Below are positions 1 to 13,653 of a stretch of DNA of 64,000 nt, piece after piece. Within the stretch, counting starts at the first letter, position 1. Each line of letters opens with the position of its first letter. The stretch is from Camelus dromedarius. Its lineage: Eukaryota. The position numbers and the translations under genes were made by a program. Below the pieces are notes generated by a model that ran no database searches, was not told where the DNA came from, and saw only the letters and a program-made list of their open reading frames with translations. The DNA lies in the NCBI RefSeq assembly GCF_036321535.1, contig NC_087437.1:57538001-57602000 (forward strand). The letters run 5' to 3'.

Positions 1-3000
1 CAAAACCAAAACATTAGGTACTTTGGGAGAATTCATACCCAAATCTCTAGAATTCCCAGTCCAGAATTTTCTAACAAATCTCATCTCATTAGAAAATTCC
101 ATGTTATTTAATACCTTCAGAACATAAACCCAGTTTCAAAATATCTACCAGAACTTATAGCTTTTGTTTTAAGATGGTTCCTCAAAAAGCATGCTCGAAC
201 CCAAGGAATTGTAATCTTCAAAAGGGTAAGAAAACCTAAAACAACTTGAAGGAACAAAACAGAATGTTGCGGATAAAAGCCTGGTGAGGTGAGAAAGTGC
301 TGAGACACTGAAAAGAGCTGCGTGCCCAATCCTGTAGGCACGTTTCCAGTCTAGTCCCAGATACTCAACAAGCAGATTTGCGCATTTGGCATGCCCAAAA
401 GACTTCAGCCTTGAATAATTGTTTCTTCCCTGTAAAGTATTACATTGGTAAGTAATTTTGTCTTTCTACCTGGCTACAGAAACATTCATTCAGAGTCTAT
501 TAGCTTAAAGGTTATTATGTTTTGCAGTTATCCATGTATGCAATCGGATTTGGCTCTATCAACTCTGCTCACCTCATAGGCATGCATACAATACTATTTA
601 AAGGTCAGCCAACTTTCTCCCTGTCAAAACAGCTTAAGGAGAGAATACCAGCAATGTGGGTCTGTACGGTGGCACGTGGCACGTATTTTGCTGACAGCTT
701 TCTGAAATCCACACCTAGAGATCCAGGAGCAAGACAATTCTGGGTCGAGAATTTAATTAATGCTTCTATTATAGGTTTATTGATTCTACCATATTTAACG
801 AGGAATGTATGAAAAATCAAAGATGCTAAATCTGGAAAGGACTTACGTAAGAGATAGTCAACAACTTCTGTGTGGCTTAGTGGAGAAATTAAGACCAAAG
901 GAGTGAAGTGAATTTTGGTTCTAAATAAGACCTTACCATTACTGAGGGATGTTGAAAATGGAAAATGTTTAGCCTCTGAAACAGAATTCCTGCCACATGG
1001 GTAAAGCAGATGATAGATAAATACCTACATGTTCTTTATGAGGACCCATACACTGCCAGTGCTTAATAAATTAAACTACATGACCCTTCAACACTCCCTC
1101 CTTTTATATTTTATGATCAGTCATGATAATTCTCAGGGAGGGATAAATGGCTCAGCAATTCTTTTCTGTTGCATACTACTGTCTCTTATCAACGGAGCCA
1201 AATTATCAACATCAGTTTCCCAGGGAACAAATTTTACCCAACCATGAGGTACCATATACAGACTCAAAAGAGGCTGATATAAAAATCACAAATGGGGAAT
1301 GAATAAACAGTCATTAAAAACCTAGACATGTTTAAGATATACACTGAATTTGAAACACTGTCATAGAGAACAATCTTGATAGTTCTCAAACCTGTTTTCT
1401 GAAGCTATTTTAAGATACATAGATGTGGCCCAATATGGAAGTTTTCATGTTCTCCTTGCAACTGATTTCACCTGACATTTTCAAGTTATCTGAATATAGG
1501 AAGTGTCACTGTTCATGTTGCACAAGTGTTAACACTGAATGTACTTATCACATTCTCCAGAACATGGCTTTAAGCTATTCTAAGTATTTCAGACAATTAA
1601 AGCTTTTTAAATTATCCATAGTTTCCCTTTAACTTTGTTTAATAGCATTCCAGACTAATAGTAATGATAAAATCTTCAGGTAGTAATGCTTTAGAAGGCA
1701 CAGTATTATTGCCTAACATAACTAAATTGGTCTATCATCAATTCCTACCGAGTTGACGAATCATATTTACTGTAGCCACTTTCTATCTACCATTACAACT
1801 GGTGATTATTCATTGTTTAGCCAAGAGTTTTCAGTACTTTAGTTTTAGCAGCCATTCTGGACTCAACATGAGGCTTGGTTATCAAATGCATAAGTCACGA
1901 TGAATCAGCCCCCCGCGACTAAAATGGAACGGTTCTAATTATTAAACAATGAATGTGGTGGCATTTTTTTATTGTAAAGCCTAAAGAAATGCAGCACCCT
2001 GTATTTTTGTAATTATAATCATAAGCTCTTTGAGAGAGGGTGAGATAACCTTCATGGCCCTTGGCAGAGCCTTCGCAAAGCAGATGTTCATTAAATACCA
2101 ATCGAACTAATAAAATACGATCCTAGAAAGCTCTGGTGTGAATCAAGTATTCTGTTTTTAAAACTTGCCTGTAATCATATTTATATACAACACTGTATGC
2201 TGCCGGTACTCTACAAACATATGTGGATAAAAAGATTAAGTTTGATCAAATAATTGGTGTGAGTCAAATCTGTGGTATAATTTCCTGACTCAGCCCTTTG
2301 AGAATATTTAAAATACAGCAATGCACTAAAAGGATTTCTGTACACTTCATGAACAGTAGGTAAAGTCTGGAATACTATCTTTAGATACATAATACAGAGA
2401 CCTTAGGAATAGAGGAAATTTGTTTTTCAACACATAGAGTCTGGTTCTCGTGAATGACTTCCTTGAAAACTCCAGCCTTCCTTGCTAGGGAACATAGATT
2501 ATTTTGTGTGGTGCTTGAAAAGACATTATTTGCACTAATTCTTTGGATGAGTTGAGACTGTTTCCATTCATAGTATCTTCAAACTGGAAAGAACAAGCTT
2601 CTCTCTTTTTCTGATGACACTATGACTACAAAAACGGGAGAGGTAAATAAGATGACTTCTCAATGCTGTCTGAAAAATGAGGCAATCATTATAACTCACA
2701 TCCCTATCCATTTGTACATGACATTGACCAAAGGCAATTTGGGGCTCTTTTCAAGCACTTTGCCTCAAAAGCCATCAAATGGCATCATCACCTTTGTGTA
2801 ATACAAAAGGGACCCAACCAATGAGCGGCTGGAGTCTAGCCAGAACAGAGAACGTTTTAGACATGGGTGTCATTGCTCTGATATTTTAAAATATATTTTT
2901 AAAACAACATTATTATTGATTCATATATACACTCAGTTCTCCATTCTACCCAAAGTGTGCACTTATGTGGATAATCTGAAACACTGAGAATTCAAATAAC

Positions 3001-4115
3001 ATTTATATTACATCTGGACTTATATTAAATGTGACACATAACCCAACTTTTGAGGGGATGCCAAAATGTGCCTTTCTATTTTTCATTCTGATAACCTCTT
3101 AAATTTGGTTCTGTGGCCCTGAATATGCCACATTTGGCTGAGGAAAAAAAATTCCAAGAAACATGTTTTTGACTGTGGGCTGCATTGTAGCATTAAACAT
3201 TACCTTGTTGAATATGCACACAGAAAAAAACAAGAGTCACGATTTTGATGGGTTTGATGTAAGTTACAGTTAGGACAAAAAAACAGAGCACCTTCATATG
3301 CGGTCACCAGAGACTATTCTCAAAGAAAACAATGCATAAATGATTTTTGAAAAATAAATAATATTAAAATATTTTATAAATTAAATGACAAAAAAAAATT
3401 TCTGCCTTAGAATTCTGATCATACCTTGTATATCTAATTAATGACAATAATTTTCATACTTTGTTAACATTAATTCAATGATAATTACATTTAGAAAATT
3501 GTTCGTTAGAAAAAGTATCAAAAATAATAGGCGACTATATCTACAACCTTCTTTTTCTAGAGAATTTAAACACAATGTGACATGGATGGTTTCTTCATGT
3601 TGTAAACAATTCAATAAATTTTGGGACAAATAAATATATTCTGAGTGTTTTAAAATTCATAGTGGGTGGGCCACAAAAGAATGATATTACTTGGATACTT
3701 GTTTATTTAGAATCAAACAAAGAAAATAAAATCCTCAAGAGCCAAAAACCTTAGGTACTGTTGGAGAGAAAGAATTCTCTTAGATGCAGGAATCAAGTGG
3801 ACCATACTTAATTACTGGTGTCTAGATACTGGTGTCCAGAAAGAGCAAAAGCAGAAGATGCTACTTCTAGGTGAAAACATGTCATTGCTTATGATAGTGG
3901 GCTTTTGATAAAGGAAACTAAAGGTCTTAAGATGACTATGAGTCAATAATGTAAAGCTATTGGAATAAAATTGACATATTTTGTCCCTCTCTCTAGAAAC
4001 TCCTTTGTCTTCACCGCACCACACATGCTGGCCAAATAAATATTACAGGAACATACAATTCATACAATTTAGCACAAGATTCTCACTCTTAGCACAAGAA
4101 AGAGCTACTCACTCT

Positions 4116-4256
4116 TGAACAAATTGTATATATTTAAAGTATAAACATGATGATTCGACATAAATATACACAGTGAAATGATAACTACAGTCAAACTAAT
4201 TAGCATATCTCCTCACATAGTTTTCTGCGTGATGAGAGCACCTGAAATCTACTTTC
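4116..4256 (-). mobile_element. Old LINE-1 (L1MA-like) 3' terminal fragment
   Basis: 'aattgtatatatttaaagtataaacatgatgatt...cagtgaaatgataactacagtcaaactaattagcatatctcctcacatagtt' matches the reverse complement of L1MA-type 3' ends as I recall them; a similar copy lies at 30669-30830. Confidence 0.75.
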
Positions 4257-4424
4257 CCACCTTTTTCCTCCCTCTTAGAGCAGTGAGTGCTCTGTGCAAA
4301 TACTGTCCTTGATTGTACCATCTGGTACTGTCTATCCTGATTCTGCTGGAGAGTAAGTTGTGTCTTTCAGCCATAATCACACTGCATCTTGCTTTTAAAT
4401 CTATTGTACTATTATATCCCTACA

Positions 4425-5120
4425 TTTGACTGTAACATAGGAGTATCAATTGATTCAACAACTTTGGAGACATATTTGACACTATCTACTAAAGCTAAAC
4501 AAATACCAGTCAATGACCCAGGAATTCTATTCCGATGCAAATTCCAAAGACAAATGACTATACATGTCCACCAAGAAACCATGACTAGAACGTGTCTAAG
4601 AGCTTTATCTACAATATCCCTAAACTAGAAATAACCCAAATGTCCATCATCAGAAGAATGGATGAACAAGCTGTGATATATTCATACGAAGGAACATTAT
4701 ATAGCAATAAACATGAACTACCTAGAGATAAACAAATGCATTGATTCATATGGGAAATCTCCATACCTTCCTCTCAATTCTGTTGTGATCCTTAAGCTGC
4801 TCTAAAAAATAAAAGTTTTGCAACGAATTAAAAAGTAAAACAAAAACAAAAAACATGAGTCTCAGAAACATTAAGTTAAATAAAAAAAGAAATACAAATG
4901 AGCACATATATCCTATTTATATGAAGTTCAAGAATAAATAAGAGTAATTTATGTGATAAAAATCAGAAAGGTAGTTAATTTTTCATGGGGAGTTTGTGAA
5001 GGGGCACTAGGAAAACTTCTGGGGTGATGGGACTGTCCCATATATCTGTGTGGTGGTTACACAGGAGTTTTACACTTAAGATTTGAGTACTTTGTTTGTA
5101 AATTATATCTCAAAAATAAA
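4425..5120 (+). mobile_element. Old LINE-1 (L1ME/L1MD-like) ORF2 end plus 3'UTR fragment
   Basis: Degenerate ORF2 C-terminal DNA ('atgacccaggaattctattcc', 'aaactagaaataacccaaatgtccatca...gaatggat') followed by a 3'UTR ('aaaacttctggggtgatggg...ggtggttacacagg...cacttaagatttg...gtaaattatatctcaa'). Confidence 0.75.
4748..4855 (+). mobile_element. Short L1MC-like 3' end nested in the older L1
   Basis: 'atatgggaaatctccataccttcctctcaattctgttgtgatccttaagctgctctaaaaaataaa' plus an A-rich tail interrupts the host L1 sequence. Confidence 0.6.
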
Positions 5121-5587
5121 ACATATATAATTATGGAGGAAGTAGTCTGCACTACGAATTCATGTAAGAATTGGTAATACACTGGCAAACAAGATAACAA
5201 TAACACATTTAATTATTTCTCTTGATTATATTTACTGTAGACTGGGAATTATGTAAAGTCACAGACCACCGTGCTTCATTTTTATATTCTCTATATCTAG
5301 CACAATAGTAGACACACATTAGATAATCACAAAATGCTTTGGACTAATGCCTTCATGAGTTAAAAAAAAGAAGAAATTATTTACCATTTCAGTCAGTAAG
5401 TATGTCTTAGACTCATCTTCTCTTGGTGGCTTTTCTTAAATAAACTTACCTGATTTTGTTTACCATTGCAAATAAAAACCTATCACATTTGTGTTGTCTT
5501 CTAAATGGAAAAAAATAAAGGGGACTTAACAACAATAAATGGTCTGTCCTTATGAAGTGATGTTTTTAAAAAAATCAAGTTTATTCT

Positions 5588-5618
5588 ACACACACACACA
5601 CACACACATACACACACA
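5588..5618. repeat. (CA)n microsatellite
   Basis: Directly visible, with one CATA interruption. Confidence 0.95.
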
Positions 5619-6835
5619 AAGCAGTTAAAAAGGGAAGTCTATCTTCAAAATCATGAAATTATTTCATACTGGGAATTATGATCAAATATTCCCTATGTTC
5701 AAAAATAAACCAGAGATATTTTAAATGGAGCAAAGGAAGAAATTTTCATCGACAAGATAATAAAACACCCAAGCCCTTAAGAAAGGCTATGGTATTTCCA
5801 GCTCAAGAGTGACAGAGGGAATAAAAATGTGCGTACCTAGGTTGGTTCCCTCTAACTAGAATCAATAGCTTTGTCAAGGTGCCTTTTACTGTCAACTATT
5901 TCAGAAGTAATCACTTGTCTTTAAGTAATACAATGATCATCTTTATTTTGATCAGTGTCAACCATGGTAAAAAACTGCGAGTGGATAATCAGGAAAAATA
6001 TTCTGAAAACCGCTACTTAATTCACATGAGACACATATCTCAATGAAATTGGAAAGATAAAGAACCCAAGAAAGATTAATGTTAATAAAAAGCATCACAT
6101 TAAGTGAGATTTTCATGTTATTGTCTGAGATTGCTCCCACTATACCCTCAGGGAACTGATTTGTTCCTAATATCAAGGAAAGCAACAAAAAGGAACTAAA
6201 TCCTATTGACAAGTTAGTTGTTTAGTAAATATTTCAGCCATATAAAATCCACTCCCTTGAAAATGCATTTATGAATTGATCAGTAAACTCAGAGATAATT
6301 TCTAATCAATGGCGTGTAAAATATACCAAAAAGTCAACTGATCTCCTTACTTTTGCACTGAAGAGGAAATATAACCTGACTCTGGATAAAGAGATATGGT
6401 CTTATTTCCCAGAGCTCCTGGAACCTAAAATCTTCCTCTCAATTGTATATTTTACCTACTTAGCCTCCAAAAGAGGTTAATATTTCTGAGAGCAGATAGA
6501 CAATTTTATCGATCCTGGACTTTGCTCCCAGACATGGAACTAATCCTCTTGAAGAAAAGGGAAGGAGGAAATAAGACAATGTTGACAAATCATGAATCCT
6601 AGCAAAAGTAACAAATATTACATAAGTTTAGTGGCAACAGGAAGGGAGAGAGGGAGGAAAAAAGGAAGAAAGAAGGATGGAAAAATGGAAGGAAAAAAAG
6701 AATTGGTTAATTTAGCTTTAGCCAATGGTTAGAAACCAAGACTTTGAGGAAATTAGGATGCTCTATTGATTTTCTGTAAGATGTGTCCAGAAATACAAAC
6801 TAAAGTCCATACGAGAATTAATAAAAAGGATTAAA

Positions 6836-6972
6836 GGGGGGAGGGCATAGCTCAGTGGTAGAATGTGTGCCTAGTATGCACAAGGTCCTGGGTTCAATCC
6901 CCAGTACTCTATTAAAATAGATAAAAACCAAATTATCTCTCCCCCCCCAAAAGAATAAAAATACATTCAAGA
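6836..6972 (+). mobile_element. tRNA-Ala-derived SINE (camelid Vic-1-like), full length
   Basis: GGGGGGAGGGCATAGCTCAGTGGTAGA (A box) ... GGTTCAATCCC (B box), C-run and A-rich tail; perfect 16-bp TSD aataaaaaggattaaa at 6820-6835 and 6973-6988. Confidence 0.9.
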
Positions 6973-7777
6973 AATAAAAAGGATTAAAAAAATGGTTGTG
7001 TGGGGCTAAAGCCTGAATTTGGAAGAGAAGATTGTGTTACTTGAATTATATATTGAGCCCTGCCATCTCATGTTAATCCAGAGAAAGTTTAAAGTTTTCC
7101 TGAGACTCTCAGCATAAAAAATGCAGGACATTTTTCTCAAAGAATGACTTCAGTTATAAAAGCTATTTGCTTTATAACAGGAATGAATCCTGAATTACTG
7201 TTAGCATAATATTTGTTATTCATTTATACGCTTAAAACAGTTATATCTAACATTGCCTTACTATTGTGATTCATTTTTGTAAAAGAAATAATAGGTATTC
7301 AATCACATGTATGTGTTATTGCTATTTTTAGCATAGTGAGAGATAATATAGGATATTTGATAAATTTATCACTTAAGATAATCACAGAAGCTTTTTAGGG
7401 AACAAGTACAGATATGATACTGGACTAGAATAACCTGTAGTTTACCTCTGAACTCAAAATATCTAATTCCACAAATAGGCAAAAGGCAAGATTCTCAAGC
7501 CAATCTGTAAACATGAAAAGATCAAGTTGGAAGATATTAAATGTTTACATTTACATATGGAGTTAAACTTCTCTAACAGTTTACACTATGAAACGTTTAA
7601 CAATTCAGTCAAAAGAAGTTATAACAAATAAACAAGTAAATACTTATGCTTTGGTTTCGACTGAACACATATAAAACTCCTCCATATTATTTGGAATATG
7701 AAGTAGCAGTGAAAAATTTTTGCTAAGGTTCCACCGGAATGTGTAACTTGCCACAGCCTTGGACAGATGAGAGGCAT

Positions 7778-8038
7778 TAATGTGAAGTGTAAGAACGTGA
7801 ACTCTGGAGGCATGCTGAGCGGGGTATGAATTGTGATTCCACCACTTACCAACTGTAAGACCTTGGAAAAAAATACTTTATCTGTAGATGCCTCAGTTTC
7901 CTTATCTGTGAAACGGAAGTTAATAAACTTCCATAAAAGGCTGTGGTGACAATTCAAAGAAATACTACAAACAGAGCATTTATCAGCCTGCTGGGCACAT
8001 TTTAAGTAGGACTTCGATAAAGAGTGTCTGTTATTATT
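7778..8038 (+). mobile_element. MIR SINE, near full length
   Basis: MIR core 'ccaccacttaccaactgtaagaccttgg...tgcctcagtttccttatctgtgaaacgg' and a 3' end at 'gttattatt'. Confidence 0.8.
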
Positions 8039-9448
8039 AAAGTAATAGAAAAATTTAAATTATTAATGTTATAAACACTGTGGACTTTTCTCACAATTTT
8101 TCCAGGAAAGGCCAATGAACAGGTCTAGAAGTGAGGTATACATATTAAAACTAGGATCAGAGGAAAGAAAACATTATTGAGCTTTATATTAGGTATTTTC
8201 TGAGTAGGTTGATTTATACGGGAAAGTGATTATGGTACCTAGGAAAGTTTGAATTTATCAATGCACTACTCATAATGTTGATGTGTGTATCAGAGCATAC
8301 ATTTTTACAATGAATTAAATTCACATTTAATCTGATAAAAAATACCTGAATTCAAGTCAGATTTTGTCTGACATATCAAGTAGAGGCACAAGTTGATTTC
8401 CCACCATTATTTCCATTTTTATTGCAACTTCTGATGAATCATCAAAGGCAAACTTAATTTAGTCATTTAAAAGCAATCATTAAAAATAATATTTGCCAAT
8501 GATTAAACTTACATATTTCTCATTTCTAACTCCCAGTTTTTCACATAAAGAGAGAAATTTGTTACATTAAATCTAAACATGGCCAAGCACATACCTTTTT
8601 TTCCTAGAAAGGTGCGTCTCAAACCTATGGAAACTCTCCTTCCTGGAGTTATGTGGTGTCTAATGAGAGCACCCACCTGGAGGACTCTGTTTGGTGTTCT
8701 CCAAGGAGGTAAAACAGCCCATTGAATGAGATTTATAGAGCTTTCTGACATGAGTTTTGGTGAGGAGAGAAACTGCACATCACTGTTATGGCTTGTCTGG
8801 TTGTGCTATTCCAGATGATGAATTAATTCATTGCCATCAACATTCAAGTTCAGGCCAGAGAACAGTGAACCCAGCTAGTTGGCCCTCATCCTGTCCTCTT
8901 CTTCTATCATAATTGTATGCAAATAGCTACAGGGAGGCAGAGTCTTACTTCCCCTGTGACTGAGTCTTTCCTTCGGTTTCTAGCTTTTGATTTACATATT
9001 TAGATAATTTTATAATAGTTAAATCAATGAAATTTTCAACGATCTAACCAAATATACATTGTTCTTTTTTCTTTTAAAGAGAAGTTATATGTAAGGGGGA
9101 GAAATTCTTTGATATTTTTTCAATAATTTATCCTCATTGATTTGTACTGTCTATTCAAATTTTGTGTTGCATTTACTCACACACACAAACGCACGTGCAC
9201 ACACGAACCCATCGCTGACAGACTTGTTAATATGTAGATACTTACATATTTGTAAGTATAAGTTATTTACAAATATTTAATTTACTTATATAGACTTTGT
9301 AAAGAAACTAGGATATGCATACATATCCATGATTTTATACTTTAAAAATGATGCCTGCCAATTTGCATGCCTTTTAGCAAATGCTATATACTTAATACTT
9401 GGCATATGCTATATATTTAATGCTTTTAAAGTAAAAACATTTCTAAAA

Positions 9449-9573
9449 TTTTTTTAAAGGGGAGGGTAATTAGGTTTACTCATTTATTTATTTTTAATGG
9501 AGGTACTAGGGGTTGAACCCAGGACCTTGTGTGTGCCAAGCACACACTCTGCCACTAAGCCATACCCTCCCCC
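9449..9573 (-). mobile_element. tRNA-Ala-derived SINE (camelid Vic-1-like)
   Basis: The reverse complement reads GGGGGAGGGTATGGCTTAGTGGCAGAGTGTGTGCTTGGCACACACAAGGTCCTGGGTTCAACCCCTAGTACCTCCA followed by an AT-rich tail; homologous to the copies at 6836 and 55617. Confidence 0.88.
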
Positions 9574-12315
9574 TATAAAAATATTTTTTAAAACACTTTT
9601 TACAACTTCTTAAGTTTTCTTTGCTCCTTTCAACATGCTCTATCTCTGAACTATTTTAATTAAGCCAAAATAAAATAGATTCCTGTGTAACAACATAAAA
9701 ATAGTAAAGTAGGTTCTAAAACTCTTCTTTGACAATAATTTCCTTTATGGTTTTATTTGATATAGTTACCTTGGATAAATGCACAGATGGACAGTTGGTA
9801 GTATAGATGAATAATGAGCATTCCTGAACTCAGGCAATTAGAACAGAGATACCTTGAGCTTTTGGACGGTTTTCGTTTTATTAACTTTGACCTGGTTAGT
9901 GGCTGTATGGAAGTTAATACCAGTTTTTACCAATTCTAACTTTTTAAAGTGTGGATTTCAAGCACTATTGACTCTTAGAAAATCTCACACTTCAATAGCT
10001 GCAGTCCATAAGCTCATAAACTGCAATTATGCTCTGATCGGTTAACATATAAGGTTCTCCTAGGGTGATGGTCCTTGTTAAATCATAAGCCACTATGCAA
10101 AGGTAATGTGACATAATGCAGTTATTCTTTAAAATATTAAATCAGTACCATTATTGCTACATGATTTTCTAATTTTCTAGAATTTAATTTGATCAAATAA
10201 GTAGCACCCCATCTCCTTCTGGGAGAATTTTAGTGGTATTAAAAGCCCTATCAGAGTCTCAGCCTTGGTATCTGGCTGTAGAACCAGGATTTTCAATTCA
10301 TGCCTCAGTTGTGCAACTCTGTTATTTAGACTCAACTTTCTATTCAGCAACAATCAGAATATCGCCTGTCCATCCCTAAATGATCTTTACATCAATATCG
10401 GAGGCTCAGATAATGTCCTATCCCCTGTATTAGCCGTACACATATTTCCTGTCATGATGCAGATCCCTGACTTTTAAGTAATTTCATTTAAATCTTTATC
10501 CCACATTATCCTAGAGTTCTGACTTTTAAAGTTTTCTTTCCCAGTGGAGGGCTTTCTCCGTATCTTTGCATCAGAGTCATTTTGGCCTCCACCTTTGGTA
10601 CAATGACAATTACATGTAGTTCATCTATATCATGAAGACATTTCTGGTGCTGATTTTGCTGGTTAGTTGGGTTAGCCAAATGTTCTAGTCACTTGACTAG
10701 GAAACCTTTTCACAATTAAGGAAGAAAACACTACCTTGCCAGCAGTCCTCCTTAGAACAGCTTCTCAGCAGTCATAGTAAACACCAGGATTTCCCACATT
10801 TCATAATAAGAAATACAAAGTTACTTTACACAAGATAGGGTGAGCTAATTCTAAGCTATAGTATATGTTCTATTTTTAATCTTGGGCTTGACTTCTGAGA
10901 GGGTGTGACACTGTAATAAATACTGAAAAATTGAACTCCTGGATTCTAATCTTTAAGCTATCCTGTGATTTAGGACACTAAAGCTTCTATATTTGTAAAA
11001 CAATAGTAAAACAACAGCAAAATGAACAGAGACATTACAGAGTAACTGTGTGGAATGGTATTTTTTGGAACCAGGAAATTTTACATGAGGGAAAATACAA
11101 TACATGATCATAAATATAATGAAAAGGTAAAAACAGCGGTTAGCATCATTGATTTAATCATTAATGGTTGTTTATAGAGGGAATGCTTTTAAACCATAAG
11201 TAATTTGGAGTTCATTCATTTTTTTTAAAAAGTCTGGAAAATACCAGTATTGACTACCTTAGTCTTTTGCTCTAATTCTTGGCCTTCTGGTCTAATTATT
11301 TTGTTATAATCCATATTAAGATTCAAATTATTTTGAAGTATTTGTTATATACCTTCAAAGAAAGTATGAAAACATTTGTATAGCTCAAGAGTAGACTAGT
11401 AAAAACTTGCAGATTGCTGGCTGGAAGTTACTCTAGCAATGATATATGAAATAAATCTTTGTTCCAAATAAGGAGAGAAAGTAGTGAATGAGAAAAACTA
11501 AGAAGATCTTGTATCTCTAAATTAACTGAATATTGTATACTGTCATCAACACTTGGCAACTCAAGAAATGTCTGTTACTTATGAATCAGATTTATCACAT
11601 GTATGTGTAGCGTGTGTGTGTATGCACATATCTTTATTCCCCTGATTAGCAGCGCCATCAGTGTTACTTATGTAGTTGCAACTACTCAGCTGAATACATT
11701 CTAATAAAGGATACAAAATCATTCTCTCAAGATTCCAAGCAAATTACTTTGTTGAATTTAAGATCCAACCAGAGTGGCTTTTCTTGTGTCAATTCATTAT
11801 ACACAAGGGTAATTCCTCTATTGAGTTCTGTTTTCAAGGTCATGGACCTGAGCTTGTTTAATATGACTGCCAAACAAAATCAGAAGAGAAAAATATTGGC
11901 CTAGTATCAGAGAAAGTTTTGCCAAGAAATTGAAAAGGGGAAATCTTTATAATGAAAATATTGCATAATAAGCTAACAATTGCATTGTAATTTCTTAAAT
12001 TATGTTTGGGTGATGAATAGAACTACAGTGAAAATAGATGTTGAGGCTATGGGTGAATGGCTTTAAAGCAACTTTTTATATGTAAAATGCAGTTTCCAAC
12101 GTATCCATAAAATAGAAAGAGAGAGAGAGAAAAAAAAAAGATTGAGTGAGGTGAACACATTCATGCTATTAACCAAACCCAAAACATATTAGATTGGAAC
12201 AAGGAAATTCTAAGCACATGGGTAAAACGCAGTAAGTCCTTCATGTGCCACTATGAATATGCACATTTTATAGATGAGAGGTAAAAAAGACTTCAAGGAA
12301 CTGTTTATAATAGGA

Positions 12316-12344
12316 GTGTATGTGTGTGTGTGTGTGGGGGGGGG
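12316..12344. repeat. (TG)n microsatellite followed by a G run
   Basis: Directly visible. Confidence 0.9.
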
Positions 12345-12574
12345 TCTTTTCTTCTTTAAGGAACTCTGTAAATTGAGAGTAGTTTAAAAATATTTCCTCA
12401 AAGGAAAAACACAATCAAATATTCTTTTCCACCATACAGAATATAAGAACTATATGAATCGTTCCTTGTCACAAAATAATGAAAACAGTTTAATTTTAGG
12501 TAATGGTTAAAGAAAAAGTTTGTTTCAGCATATGATATAGCAATTAAAATTAGGCAGGTGCTGGATCTCACAAT

Positions 12575-13170
12575 CAAGCCAGGGATTCAAACCTAGGACC
12601 TTGGGTCTAACGCCAGAATTCATTTTTGTTTTAAATTGAATTATACATGGTTTACAATGTTGTGTTAATCCCTGGTGTACAGCATAGGGATAGTCCTTTT
12701 CATATTCTTTTTCATTATAGGCTATTACAAGGTATTGAACATAGTTCCATGTGCTATGCAGTAGGACCTCACTGTTTATCTATTCTATACATGTAGCAGT
12801 TAGTATCTGCAAATCCCAAACTCCCAATCTATCCCTTTTCTTCTCAGGTAACCACAAGTTTGTTTTCTATGTCTGTTTCTGTTCTGTAAGTAAATTCATT
12901 TGTCTCATTTTTTAGATTCTATATATAAGTGACATTATATGGTATTTTTTTTTCTCCTTCTGGCTTACTTCACTTAGTATGACAATCTCTAGGTCCATCC
13001 ATGTTACTGAAAATGGCATTTTTTTTTTTATGGCCGAGTAGTGTTCACACACACACCACAACTTCGTTATTCAATCATATGTCAATGAACATTTAGGTTG
13101 CTTCCATGTCTTGGCTATTGTAAATAGTGCTGCTGCGAACACTGGGGTCAGAATTCTTAATCATTAGCCC
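12575..13170 (-). mobile_element. MIR 5' fragment split by an L1 insertion
   Basis: 'agccagggattcaaacctagg...ccagaattc' (to 12621) rejoins 'ttaatcattag' (from 13157) to give the reverse-complement MIR head. Confidence 0.5.
12622..13148 (-). mobile_element. Cetartiodactyl-type LINE-1 3' end, 5'-truncated
   Basis: Reverse-complement L1 3'UTR and ORF2 end ('ggttgcttccatgtcttggctattgtaaatagtgctgc', 'ctggcttacttcacttagtatgac'); candidate TSD cagaattc at 12614-12621 and 13149-13156. Confidence 0.9.
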
Positions 13171-13653
13171 ATCTTGTAGGAGAGACTGGGTGTGAAACTT
13201 CCTTAGATTTGTCTCTAATGCTTAATTGCCTTCACTGTGAAAACTTTTTGAAGACAGAAATTGTAATAAAATATGAAGACTCAGCATAAGTTTATTATAC
13301 AACCAGTAACATATTCCAGGTTAATTTACTCTTTGATTTTTTTCCTTCTCCGCCCCAACCTTCCATTTCTTGAAGCATCTCTATGATAAAGATCAATAAC
13401 TCCATCAGCTGCCAAATCCAAATCATCATGTCAAAATGTCTCCATGCCTACCAAACTACCTTTTCCTTTGGCAAGTACCGAATCAAATGGATTGCCAGAG
13501 TACAAGATGCCACTTCAGTGTAGTCTGACCTGCAATATCAGAGGTAAATTCATCTATACTGAACATATCTGGATTTCCCAATTAAGCTGTGTGCCCATGA
13601 AGACAACTGCTATATTTTATACATCTTTGATCGCCCACAAAAATCTTATTGTG

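Noticed and set aside
4091..4297. Imperfect inverted repeat flanking the L1MA fragment (gcacaagaaagagctactcact versus agtgagtgctctgtgc)
   Set aside because: Needs gaps to align, is short, and has no TSD; insufficient for a MITE call.
7619..7957. ORFs containing FTDKETEA-like motifs (also 33011-33238, 46258-46473, 47400-47612)
   Set aside because: Translations of MIR core sequence.
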